Positions 9,901 to 19,500 of a DNA stretch of 58,206 nucleotides are shown here, one piece after another (position 1 is the first letter of the stretch; the number at the start of each line of letters is the position of its first letter). Location: positions 1 through 58,206 of IMG/VR virus record IMGVR_UViG_3300027668_000020. One strand, given 5' to 3'. Origin of the DNA: a virus (lineage: Duplodnaviria > Caudoviricetes). The translations under genes were made by a program, and so were the position numbers. The notes beneath the pieces were generated by a model. The model was not told where the DNA came from, did not search any database, and saw nothing but the letters and a program-made list of their open reading frames with translations.

Positions 9901-12897
9901 GCCTCAAACATGGTTCTTGGAGATGCTCTAGACAAAAAAGTATTTACCGAGATGCTAGGCAAGAAAGCAGATATGGTTACAGACCTGTCGGCAGGGTTGC
10001 TGAAGAGAGCGGAAATTTGGGCAAAGAAAACTGGAAAGGCAGTAAAGGCATGGTTTAAGCCTGCTGTAAAAGAGGCGGGATCGGAAGGTGGGGAAGAAGG
10101 TGGTGTGTCTACGTTTAAAAACACCCTGCTAAAAGAGATTGACCCGTCTATCAAGGTGGCAAGGACAGCCGCAGGAGATACCGTTAAAGGCATCGTAATA
10201 AGTACTGGTGTTACTGGTTCCCTAGGCTCCGCAGCAGCGTTAAACAATGCGCTAAATAACGTGGGTATACCCACTGGTAAAGACGCTGACGGTAACTTCC
10301 CTGACTGGATGAACAGTGCCAACGGTACTGACTATATGAAAGACTATGGGGCTGCACCAGAAGGATATGTAGACCTCCCAGATGCAGACGTAGCTACTCG
10401 TGCGCTAGCCAACCTTAACGCCCCTATTAATACCGCCCTGCAAACCAACCCTGACGGTACCGCTGTTTTGACTGAGCAAGGTATTAAGGACACGTTTGCT
10501 GTCGCAGGACTAGACCCAGAAGAGTTCCCCCGTTCCTACGCTACGTTGATGAACCATGTGTATGACGAGAACTATACGAGTCCATCCGAAGCCGCCTCTG
10601 CATTTGACGATGCAGGGTACACACCGTCTCAAGAAGAAATAGATGCTTATATTGGCGAGACTTACGGTAATGATGCCATAGATCAAGCAATAGGTGACTA
10701 TGTAGACCCCCGCCAGACAACTAGAGATGAAGTAGAAGAGTACGCTAGAGAAGCGGGTATAGAGTTAAGTGATGCTCAGATACAACAGCTTGTAGGGCAG
10801 TATGACAACTCTATGGGTGACGATGAGCGATTTACACAACTAATATCAAACGATCCCGACCTATCTGTCCTTTTTGATCCCGATTCTACTAGTGGCACAC
10901 AAACCCTAGATACTGATGGGGACGGTATTATTGACTCAGAAGATGATGACGATGACGGCGATGGCATCCTTGACACAGATGACCAATTCCCACTGCTAAG
11001 TAGTTATGAAGACGAAGATGGTTCTATTGTTGTTACAGAGATAGACGGCTCTACAACTATATATGACTTAGACGAGAACGGTGACCCTGTAGTTAGACTT
11101 CCTGATAATACTGATGGTACTCAAACTATTCCGCTTAAAGAAGGAGACACTTCAGAAGTAGACGCGGATGGAAATACTGTTGTAACTAGTGTAGATGGTA
11201 CTGTGTCTGTATATTCCCCTGATGGCACCTTAATTACTAGTAACCCCGCTAATGCTGTCAATCCTGCTACTGTTGATACTGATGGAGATGGGGTGCCAGA
11301 TGTAATTGATTTTGCTCCTAATGACCCTAGCGTAACTGTTGATCCTAATCCTGCTGAAACTACCTATACTGCTGGTACCTACGTTGATCCTGATGGAGAT
11401 GGAGTATTTCAATTAGTTGGGGAAGATGGGAAAACCTTATCAGGTGAGTTTAACGAAGACGGTACTCCTGTTACTTTAAATGCTGACGGAAGTACAACTA
11501 CAACTGTTGTCAACGATGACGGAAGTACAACTACAACTACTATTAATACTGATGGTACTACAACTACAACTACTACCAGTGCTGACGGTACTACTAACAC
11601 TACCAATAACATCGACAACAGTGTTACCAATAACACTACTAATAACACTACCACTATTAACAACAACGGCTTAAATTCAGACGCTGTAGCCGCTATGTTG
11701 GATGATTCTATTGGTAAGCCCGCTACTGATAACGAACCTGCTACGGGGTTATATTCCGAGTTAGAGGCGCTAGGGCTTAACGACCAGCAGATACTAACCT
11801 TTATAGGGCAACCCGCAGGCTTAGACGCTGAAGGTAATGTCATACCTGCTACGGGGCTGTATGCCGAGATAACGGACGTAAACGGCAACATTACCGCCTC
11901 TAAGAACGAAGTACTAGGCGCTATAGGTGATCCTGCTACTGATACTTCTCCTGCTACAGGTATATTTGCAGGCTTAGACTTACAGACTGGTGACATTCTT
12001 AGCGGCACTCAGGGGCAGATAGACACACAGACTGGTGTACTAACTACGGCTATAAGCAAAACTGAAACAGCTATAACCGATCAAGCTGCTAAGTTTGAAA
12101 AAGCGGGTATGGCCCGTGATGCAGCCATCCAGTCGGCTATAGACCAAGTTGGTGTTGATCTAGGGCTAACGCGGGAGCAGATACTTACCCAGATAGGCGC
12201 TACCGAAGCTAATATTACTACTAAGATAGGTCAAGCTGTTGACCAACTATCTGGTGAAATAGACGTAGTAGCAGACTTTGTAGGTAAGCCTATAGGTGAA
12301 GTCACCGATGCTGACATAGACTTTGTTGCTGATATACTAGCGCAGCAGGAAGTTCTTACTGAACAAATGGTTTATACCGACCAACAATTGCAGTATGATG
12401 TTAACCAAGACGGCGTTATTGACATAAATGACCAAACCATGCTAGAAATGGCTCAGTCAGGTCAGGATGTAGACCTTGGGAGTATGTTTAACCCTACGGG
12501 CTTGTATGAGGTAAATCAACAGACTCAGCAAGATATACTGACTGCTCAAGAGTTAAACACTCAGCAGAACTTAAACATACAAAACCAAATAGAAAACACC
12601 AGAGCACAACAAAGACAGGAAAGAGGGCAGGAACGGCTAGTAGAAGACTTGATTAACTACACTCCGCAAACAGCCAGTACACAACAGATGGGCGTGGCTA
12701 ACATAGACTATCTGTATGATGTTGGGGGGCAGGACATATTTGCCCCTACTAACAGAACGCAGAGATTTAGCCCTTACGGAAATAGCAACGCCGTCCCTGT
12801 TAACCAGAGCATACAAACGCAGAATGTAAGAAGAGCGGCGCAAGGTGGTTTACTTAAAAGAAACGACTCGCTGTTAAAATTATTAGGAGAAGAATAA
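6907..12897 (+). CDS. 1996-aa putative internal virion/ejection protein with Ca-binding-type repeats
   Basis: Long ORF in the ejection-protein position. Contains DxDGDG repeats, a Thr/Asn-rich tract, an EF-hand/dockerin-like DVNQDGVIDIND motif and a terminal AAQGG. Confidence 0.65.
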   Translation: MTVKIPARDKDADNYFDFLGDEYTGFDYVAPPLSQTDAFLAWKDAVNTDRGSDEYSLQRYPDQDEFSLGKMDIPSWYPESYAAYKKAGGAPSGTRLIEESRNNAEQNLAAFTQTLIENGGAGGIENIDFDNIDSMLEELSGTPFDVDALFADTRAFEGQTIKDQEWFTPEREALVRKFFEGQVNDFTDRGSLVKSQTWQEAKNALASGVDPDNVFSELKTLSNKSHDDFAAMDFNTSGANGGVGPQAAFREFADDHYIQTYNEFNTDLNTLRREDPDAFQAAYEFLPVSGRLGYLYGIKTKGGISDGQYEGLYMSEVNSYAKETQDPYAPRYVSVEGKTYLYKPSGDPNSGEDPAPIDVQRDLYTPSFYPKMEAGNNDQLSGFLNNVGSPSRDRTRDFDDTAYDFFDPVITVLQTGLAIAAAMTGNSALAVQIMSASAAVGAAYTGVKAVAGETLHVSDWLRATPFVIEQINIATRPVATATNAVPTLTVAPPTIPQTLSDWGNIFGVSVPGFIGRIPIVLGGTLEGAMNAGFANAPFTLTGSNPIGDLIKLGSAVFGNPRAGSSSAGGGTWGGIPSGVIVNFMGSMENSGVDLTNFKEKYPWTGLNESGMPIGDYAPAFEDLMRIYRKEDPVAFAEAITAEDVDPSIAEVVGEDTVNVAQFLVDARKLGQDPAIAGTAYGDFMNEVDQFFIAAVLETGGNILTQVNGVLMLGQIDPNNTKLAGWAQTLLDLSDENKSDTLKESMQAARDYEASFEDKVYFEAESEEEVKNGNAYKQTEVLLARRVAAGNMSQEAMDKQLKNIVDGAKNSADTYNDIINGVMSTLGSMANAPLATSYEILTEAGEETVNFAVSSKIGLMAKGLAGAKAISRKLDVKEITDDVLAKLNKVEKFAALSASTIMDIAEAVGGESAGAYNEAIATQEKVETEAIHASAEFNAAMKANNSLVQSGAMSEEEYQAAARAYTREKLDANSGALRRQTVAADLALKTGLFAGGMTIASNMVLGDALDKKVFTEMLGKKADMVTDLSAGLLKRAEIWAKKTGKAVKAWFKPAVKEAGSEGGEEGGVSTFKNTLLKEIDPSIKVARTAAGDTVKGIVISTGVTGSLGSAAALNNALNNVGIPTGKDADGNFPDWMNSANGTDYMKDYGAAPEGYVDLPDADVATRALANLNAPINTALQTNPDGTAVLTEQGIKDTFAVAGLDPEEFPRSYATLMNHVYDENYTSPSEAASAFDDAGYTPSQEEIDAYIGETYGNDAIDQAIGDYVDPRQTTRDEVEEYAREAGIELSDAQIQQLVGQYDNSMGDDERFTQLISNDPDLSVLFDPDSTSGTQTLDTDGDGIIDSEDDDDDGDGILDTDDQFPLLSSYEDEDGSIVVTEIDGSTTIYDLDENGDPVVRLPDNTDGTQTIPLKEGDTSEVDADGNTVVTSVDGTVSVYSPDGTLITSNPANAVNPATVDTDGDGVPDVIDFAPNDPSVTVDPNPAETTYTAGTYVDPDGDGVFQLVGEDGKTLSGEFNEDGTPVTLNADGSTTTTVVNDDGSTTTTTINTDGTTTTTTTSADGTTNTTNNIDNSVTNNTTNNTTTINNNGLNSDAVAAMLDDSIGKPATDNEPATGLYSELEALGLNDQQILTFIGQPAGLDAEGNVIPATGLYAEITDVNGNITASKNEVLGAIGDPATDTSPATGIFAGLDLQTGDILSGTQGQIDTQTGVLTTAISKTETAITDQAAKFEKAGMARDAAIQSAIDQVGVDLGLTREQILTQIGATEANITTKIGQAVDQLSGEIDVVADFVGKPIGEVTDADIDFVADILAQQEVLTEQMVYTDQQLQYDVNQDGVIDINDQTMLEMAQSGQDVDLGSMFNPTGLYEVNQQTQQDILTAQELNTQQNLNIQNQIENTRAQQRQERGQERLVEDLINYTPQTASTQQMGVANIDYLYDVGGQDIFAPTNRTQRFSPYGNSNAVPVNQSIQTQNVRRAAQGGLLKRNDSLLKLLGEE

Positions 12898-14597
12898 TGG
12901 GTTGGTGGGATACTTTTACAAAAGGCGCTATAGACTACGCTACAACAGGTACTACTGGTAACTCGATAGGGGATGCGGCGGCGGATGCGGCGTTGGGGTA
13001 TGCTCTAGATAAAACGGGCGTTACAGCCTCCATGCAACCGAATATAGCCTCCGTAGGCTATCAAGGCGGTATACCATCGTACAAAGCGGTTAGAGAACGT
13101 GTACCTACTAACCAAGATCGGCGTGCTGGTGGACAAAACCAAAGGTATTTCACAGACACGCAGTTTGCTATGGGCGAGAAAGGGTTTAAGGAATCTAGAC
13201 CTAAGAGTATAGAAGAAGCCAAGGCAAGGGCTATACTTGATCGTGACACGCTGGGGCAACGTAATATGCAGCAAATCCCGCAATCGTCTATGACTCAACC
13301 TACACAGGCTATGGCTGCTGGTGGTATAGCTTCGGCCTACAATAGACCCCATAACGGGTACTACTTAGGTGGTGTAACCGATGGCATGGCAGACGAAGTA
13401 CCAGCAAGTATAAACGGTACACAAGAAGCTCGTCTAAGCGATGGTGAGTTTGTTATCCCTGCTGATGTAGTTAGTCACCTAGGTAACGGTAACTCTGATG
13501 CTGGCGCACAGCAACTGCACGGTATGATGGACAACGTGCGTATGGAACGTACTGGAAACCCAGAACAAGGTAAACAGATAGACCCCAACAATTTTATGCC
13601 TAAGATGTCTCAGGGTGGCGGGATAGCTATGTATCAAAACGGCGGGCCTATACGGAAGTTTAATGTGGGAGGTGAGACTGACACTACTAGTGCAGACCCC
13701 AATGCTGTGGCTCTTGACCCTAATGTAGGACGAAAAACAGGAGTAGAGTCCTCGCTATCTAGTTGGGCGGGGCCATATGTAACAGATATGCTAGGTAAAG
13801 GTGCTGCTTTAGCTGAAACACCTTATCAAGAGTTCCAAGGGCCGTTGACTGCTGGCACGTCTGACTTACAGCAGAAATCTTTTGAAGGTATTGGAGCCTT
13901 ATCTGCCCCTGCTAACATGGGCGTAGATACGTTTGATGCTACTCAAGCTCAGAAGTACATGAACCCGTATCTAATGGCGTCGATCAATCCTCAGATAGAA
14001 GAAGCTCGCCGTCAGTCAGAAATACAACGTGTATCAGATGCTGGACGACTAACTAAAGCTGGCGCGTTCGGGGGTTCTCGTCAAGCAGTTATGGAAGCCG
14101 AAGGTAATCGTTCGCTTGGAGATCGTATAGCGGACATAACAGGGCAGGGCTACGCCTCTGCATACGACAAAGGTCTAGCGCAGTTTAACTTAGAGCAAGG
14201 TAACCGTAATAAGTATGGGTTCGACGTTCTAGGTGGGCAGGGGACAGCAGGTGCTACTCAACGTGCTCAGGAGCAGCAAGGTCTTAGTGCTGACATAGCG
14301 CAGTTTGAAGAGGAGAGAGATTTCCCTTACAAGCAGGTGCAGTACATGCAGTCACTATTACAGGGTCTACCTCTAGAAGCCCAGTCTATATCGTACTCTC
14401 AACCTAGCGACTTCCAGAAAAATATGGAAGCTGTAGGCGGTGTAAGTACAATGCTTCAAGATTTGTACGGTGGTGGTACTAAGGATACTTCGATGGCTGG
14501 TTTTGGTAGTGCGACTCCACAGCAGATAAACCAAGCGTATATTGATAACCCTAATGTTACTCCCGCAGAAATAGCAAAACAGTATCCCGGCACATAA
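12897..14597 (+). CDS. putative ejection (pilot / DNA-transfer) protein
   Basis: Gly/Gln/Ala-rich, ARLSDGEFVIPADVV motif, YMNPY and AFGGSRQ motifs, several xxGG tags. Confidence 0.65.
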   Translation: MGWWDTFTKGAIDYATTGTTGNSIGDAAADAALGYALDKTGVTASMQPNIASVGYQGGIPSYKAVRERVPTNQDRRAGGQNQRYFTDTQFAMGEKGFKESRPKSIEEAKARAILDRDTLGQRNMQQIPQSSMTQPTQAMAAGGIASAYNRPHNGYYLGGVTDGMADEVPASINGTQEARLSDGEFVIPADVVSHLGNGNSDAGAQQLHGMMDNVRMERTGNPEQGKQIDPNNFMPKMSQGGGIAMYQNGGPIRKFNVGGETDTTSADPNAVALDPNVGRKTGVESSLSSWAGPYVTDMLGKGAALAETPYQEFQGPLTAGTSDLQQKSFEGIGALSAPANMGVDTFDATQAQKYMNPYLMASINPQIEEARRQSEIQRVSDAGRLTKAGAFGGSRQAVMEAEGNRSLGDRIADITGQGYASAYDKGLAQFNLEQGNRNKYGFDVLGGQGTAGATQRAQEQQGLSADIAQFEEERDFPYKQVQYMQSLLQGLPLEAQSISYSQPSDFQKNMEAVGGVSTMLQDLYGGGTKDTSMAGFGSATPQQINQAYIDNPNVTPAEIAKQYPGT

Positions 14598-14624
14598 CAG
14601 AATTTAAAGTTTTAGGAGATAGAC

Positions 14625-16553
14625 ATGCAACAACCTAGTGGAATTATGGGCGCAGCGGCTAAAGGCAACAGTGCTGATGCTAGCTTGGGTGGCTTGGCGC
14701 AGGGCGTAGATACTAAAGTAGAAGCCTACCGAAACAATCCTCAAGCACTAGAAAAGCGATTGCAGGGTAATCAGCAACTTATAGATTTGCTCGCCCTTCA
14801 AAAGGTTAAGTCTGAGAAAGAATCAGCTAAGAACCAGCTATTACTAAGCGAGCAGCAAAACCCTAACACTATAGCCCAACAGCTAGAAGCAGAAGTTGTA
14901 GGTATGAACAAGGACGAAATGTCTAAGCAGACCGCTGGGATACTAGGTCAACGCCAGAAACAACAACAGAAGAACATGCAACGTACTGCTAAAGGTGCTT
15001 CACAGGGTGCTCCTGTGATGGCCGCTCGTGGTGGCCTCATGCCTTTACCTCGTCAGAACATGGCTAATATGGCTCAAGGTGGGATTATTGGATATGACGG
15101 TGGTGGCCCAGTAGGACATGCTCACCCACCTACCGCTGCTCCCGCTACTGCTCCTACTGCTCCTGCTATAGACTCTGCTACTGAAGCTAAGTTGATTAAG
15201 GCGCTTGGTAAAGACTATCAACAGAAACTTGCTGGTATGTCAGAAAAAGCAAGAAAATCAGCAGTGGCAGGTCTTAAACTTAGCAGTGAAATGATGGGTC
15301 GCCTAGATCAAGTTATTGATGCAGTAACCTTTATTCCTAGAAAGATTGGAGAGGGCATAACAGCGGTTTCGGATGCATTCAGAGTCTCGCCGACTGGGCA
15401 AGCCTTACTTGGAGAGTATGGATATGAACCGAAATCGAAAGTTGAGAAAGAGCGAGTCACGCCATTAACTTTCGAAGAGTTACAAGCTGGAGCGGTACCT
15501 AAGTCTGTTGTCCCTCCTACTGTTACTGAGCCTGTTGTCACTACTACCACTGCTCCTACAAAGATTAAGCCCGATCCAACTATTGAAGAGAAGATAAACA
15601 CGGTTATGGCTGGCACTGGAACCCCTACCGCTGTAAACCAAAATGCGGTGTCAGATAGACTGGAAGAATCTGGGATTACGTCTAAACTACAAGAACAGAT
15701 GGCGGGCAAAGAAAACCAAACCGTAGTCGATAACTCTGAAGCAGCTAGAAAAAGAGCTGATTTAGGTAGTAGACGCGAAGAGAATAGGGCGGAAGCAGAG
15801 ACAGGTATAGCTACCTTGAAGGATATGACCACAGCCGCTAAAGACCCTGATAAGTTACGTAGGGAAAGAAGAAAAGGTATATTCGCTGGCGCTGCTCGTG
15901 CTGGTGGTCGGGGTATACTAGACGCGTCCATGAACATGGATAGACAACAAGAAAACTTCGGCTTCAGTAAACAACGAGAAGCAATGGCAGCTACGAATGA
16001 AAAAATAAAGAACGATCTTACTGCCTCCAACATAAGCCAGACTTCAGCAGATAAAGTGTACGGCGCTCTTACCAAAAGTTCTAGTGACGCTATGGCTGTC
16101 ATGGCTAATGTCACCGCCCAAGACGTAGAAGCGGCGGATAGACAGATAAAGCAAGCGTTTGATGAAAAGAAGCTTGTAATAGACGCGGGAATTAAAGGTA
16201 TTGAACTAGAACTAGAAAAACAGATGGTGGACGCTAAGGGCCAAAGCAATAAATTAGTCGCTATACAAATCCTAACTGATGCCGTACTTACAGCTAAAGT
16301 AGAGCAGGAGAAACTAGCTGCTGAAGTACTTTTGGGAGAAGGCGCGGCGATAGATGCCCGTTTCAAGGAGTGGAAAGATAGTGGCGAAGTCGAGCCGTTC
16401 GAGTATAAAAATGATGTAGAAAAAGCCGAACATATTGCTTACACAGGTATGCAAGATAAGTTACAAGACGCTGGTAAAGCATTTACAGAAGCGACAACTT
16501 TGTTGAAGGAATTTACGAGTGACAATAAGTCTGGTACATTTGGCGGCAAATAA
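14625..16553 (+). CDS. putative internal virion/ejection protein
   Basis: AGGAG RBS, helical Ala/Gln/Lys-rich sequence with MAARGG and MAQGG tags. Confidence 0.6.
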   Translation: MQQPSGIMGAAAKGNSADASLGGLAQGVDTKVEAYRNNPQALEKRLQGNQQLIDLLALQKVKSEKESAKNQLLLSEQQNPNTIAQQLEAEVVGMNKDEMSKQTAGILGQRQKQQQKNMQRTAKGASQGAPVMAARGGLMPLPRQNMANMAQGGIIGYDGGGPVGHAHPPTAAPATAPTAPAIDSATEAKLIKALGKDYQQKLAGMSEKARKSAVAGLKLSSEMMGRLDQVIDAVTFIPRKIGEGITAVSDAFRVSPTGQALLGEYGYEPKSKVEKERVTPLTFEELQAGAVPKSVVPPTVTEPVVTTTTAPTKIKPDPTIEEKINTVMAGTGTPTAVNQNAVSDRLEESGITSKLQEQMAGKENQTVVDNSEAARKRADLGSRREENRAEAETGIATLKDMTTAAKDPDKLRRERRKGIFAGAARAGGRGILDASMNMDRQQENFGFSKQREAMAATNEKIKNDLTASNISQTSADKVYGALTKSSSDAMAVMANVTAQDVEAADRQIKQAFDEKKLVIDAGIKGIELELEKQMVDAKGQSNKLVAIQILTDAVLTAKVEQEKLAAEVLLGEGAAIDARFKEWKDSGEVEPFEYKNDVEKAEHIAYTGMQDKLQDAGKAFTEATTLLKEFTSDNKSGTFGGK

Positions 16554-16564
16554 GGAGTTAGTTA

Positions 16565-19500
16565 ATGCCTTACTCAGTACGATCTGAAGACGGGTATACT
16601 TTAAACGGTATACCTGACAACCTAGAACCTAATGACCCTCAAGTACTTGCGGAACTAGACAAACTGCGTGCTAAGAATGCTGCCCCACAAAAAGTGGCGA
16701 AGCCTCGCCCTAGTAGAGCGTCGAGTAGAATAGCCGAAGAAAGCTCTGGTATTATAGGTAACATACTAAAAGGTTTCGGTTCTGGTGCGACAGGTATGTT
16801 GGAGTCCGCTGCTTTAGGTGCAGCTACCCTGCTAGAGGAAGAGGCGGAGCTAGAAGCTCGTAGCAAGATAAGAGAAGCATTTGATATAGACATGCTCAAA
16901 GGAGCAGATCAAGACTCTATAGCTTACAAATTAGCTTCGGGTATAGGTTCTATAGCCGCATTAGCCCCCGCCGCATTAGCTGGCCCTGCTGCTTTACCTG
17001 TGGCTGGTGTCGTAGCTGCTGGTGCTGGTGCTGGTGAGGCTAGTGAACGTGCGCGTGCGTACGGTGCTACCGAAGACGAACGTAATATAGCTGCCCTTAA
17101 AGGTACGGCTATCGGCCTCACTGAGCTAGCTCCTTTTGGCAGGCTTGCTAAAGGTTTAAGTAGAGGGGCTAACAAAGCCTTTGACATGCCCAAAATAGAT
17201 GCGGGTGTAGATAAGGTACTTGACCTGCTCGGCCCTAAAGCTGTAACAAGCATTAACTCTCGTATTAGAAACGTAGCTGGCACTGGCCTAGTAGAAGGCG
17301 CACAGGAAGGCGCGGCTGCTATTTTACAAAACCTCACAGAACAAGGCTATAACCCAGAACAAGTACTGGTAGACACTGGCGTTCTAGAAGAAGCCGCTAT
17401 TGGCGGTGGTGCAGGTGCAATACTCCAAGCCCTAGCAGACGTTATAGGTGGTAGAAGGGGCGTAAGGCAAGGAACTGGCATCGAAGGTGACTCCGCCGAA
17501 ACCGCTGGGGTGGAAGAAGCTACTCTCCCCGTCACTGAAGAGACCGATGCAGACGTTATTGCAAAAAGCAATGCCGAAGAAGCAGAAGCAGCTATACAAG
17601 AAACAGAGGCAAAAGTAGTAACAGAAGCAGACTTAGAAGAAGTAACGTCGGAAGAGCCAAGGCTCGGTGCTACTGAAACTGAGACTGAGACTGAAGCTGC
17701 GACTGTCTCTTTTAATATCCTAGAAGAAAAGTCGGCGAATACTGACGTAGATGTAACTCAAGAGGTTACACAGAGAACCTCTCAGGGAGTTAGCCAAGAA
17801 GATGCTATTGCAGAGGTAAACACGTTAGTAGACGCCAAGATAGCGGAGCAAGCAGATGCTGGAGTTCTTGACGAGACAAGAAGTAGAGATAGCGTTCCTG
17901 TTGTTAAAGAAGCACCCCCAGAAACCGAAGTCATTACCACCGAATCTGAAACAGTTGTCGATGGAGGAGTGGACAACACTGAACAAGGCGCTACAGATAC
18001 TGCTAAAGGAGAAAGCGGAAAGCCCTCTACACTAGCGCAGGCTATGAGCACGTTGAATGGCAAGCCTGTGACGTATCAAGCTGGCAGTAGAGACAGCGAA
18101 GCAGAGGTGGCTAGAAAGAGAGGTAAGAAAGAACTAACTGCTTTTGAGAAGGCGGAAGAGTTGAAAGTCTCTCAAGAGTTTAATCGTAGCCAGTCTGGTA
18201 AAGCGCCCATTATGAATAGGGCTAAGAATGTAGGAATAAACTACGACGCTGAAAAACAAAACCTAAGAAAGAACCAAAAAGTTTCTGCTAAAGAAGCTGA
18301 CAAGCTAGTTACAGCCAAAGTAGAAGCCAAAGAAAAAGAAATTGTCGCTAAACAAAACACTATTAATGAAGTACTTGGTGTTTCTGCTATAGAAGCTGTT
18401 CCACAAGATAGCCCTAACTATTCCACTGATGTGGAGACTATCACGCCTAAACTTGTTAAGGAGCTAGGTCTTACAGGTAGAAATAAAGTCTTTGGTGATA
18501 AACTTATATCAGCATACCAAGAGACAGGTTCTCCTGAAATAACGCGGGGAGACTTAGCAGCCGTACTTAGGCAAGCAGATGAGAATACTCAAGTTGTTTT
18601 TGAGAACGCTAAGGATACTATACTCGCTCGTGAAGTTAAGAAACCTGAATCTCAACAACTCGATGAAGTAGCTGTAGAGAAAGAAGCTCGTAAGTCTATC
18701 AACGGTATGTTAAGCCTAGACAACAAAGGTAAGGCGTACGTAAACAAGCACGTAGGCCAGCGTGCAAAACCCAAAGAAAAAGCTCCAGATACAACTCCGA
18801 AGACGGATGACGTGCGTGATAAAGCTATCCTCAAGAAGGCGGGAAAAACTATAGGGTCAGAAAAAGGAGATGCTGCTGGTAAGCCTCTTACCCCCCAACA
18901 AATAACTGAAAGGTCGCAGGAGGTAATTGACACAGAAGGATTAGAACAGTTTGTAGAACCTAACCTCCGCGTAGCCCCAAAAGACGAAACTTCAGATCAG
19001 AAAGTAGAACGACTACGTTTGTTAGCCAAAGAAGATCAAGCATTTGTTGACCAAATAGAAGACAGGTTAGCTGGGGCTACTGCAATTGACTTAGATATCA
19101 CGCTACTGCCTAAAAGCTACATAAACGAGTTAGACGGTGTGGTTACTGGAGACATACAGAAACTTGTTAGGAAAGGTGACCTTCGTGGGGCATTGATGGC
19201 GTTAAGTGGAGCTTCCACAGACTCCCGCGTTAAAAAGATTGCCCGTGTACTAGCTACAGCCGTAGGCGCTGCAAAGGTTAAGACTGCTGACGGCCCTGAT
19301 TCGTTTGTGTCAAAGGATGGCACGCTATACATTGCCGAAGGGCCAGTGTACATACACACGTTACTGCATGAGGCCACTCACTCGGCAGTAAATAAAATAC
19401 TAGACAACAAAGGTAGCCCCGCAACTAGAAAACTAGAGCAGTTGTTCAAAGAAGTAAAACCTCAACTAGACTCCGCTTACGGCGCTAAAAACCTCAAAGA

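Noticed and set aside
15308-16366. 352-aa antisense ORF and other long shadow ORFs (e.g. 11409..12008, 38753..39385)
   Set aside because: They lie essentially entirely opposite well-supported genes, are Ser/Leu-rich and have no recognisable motifs.
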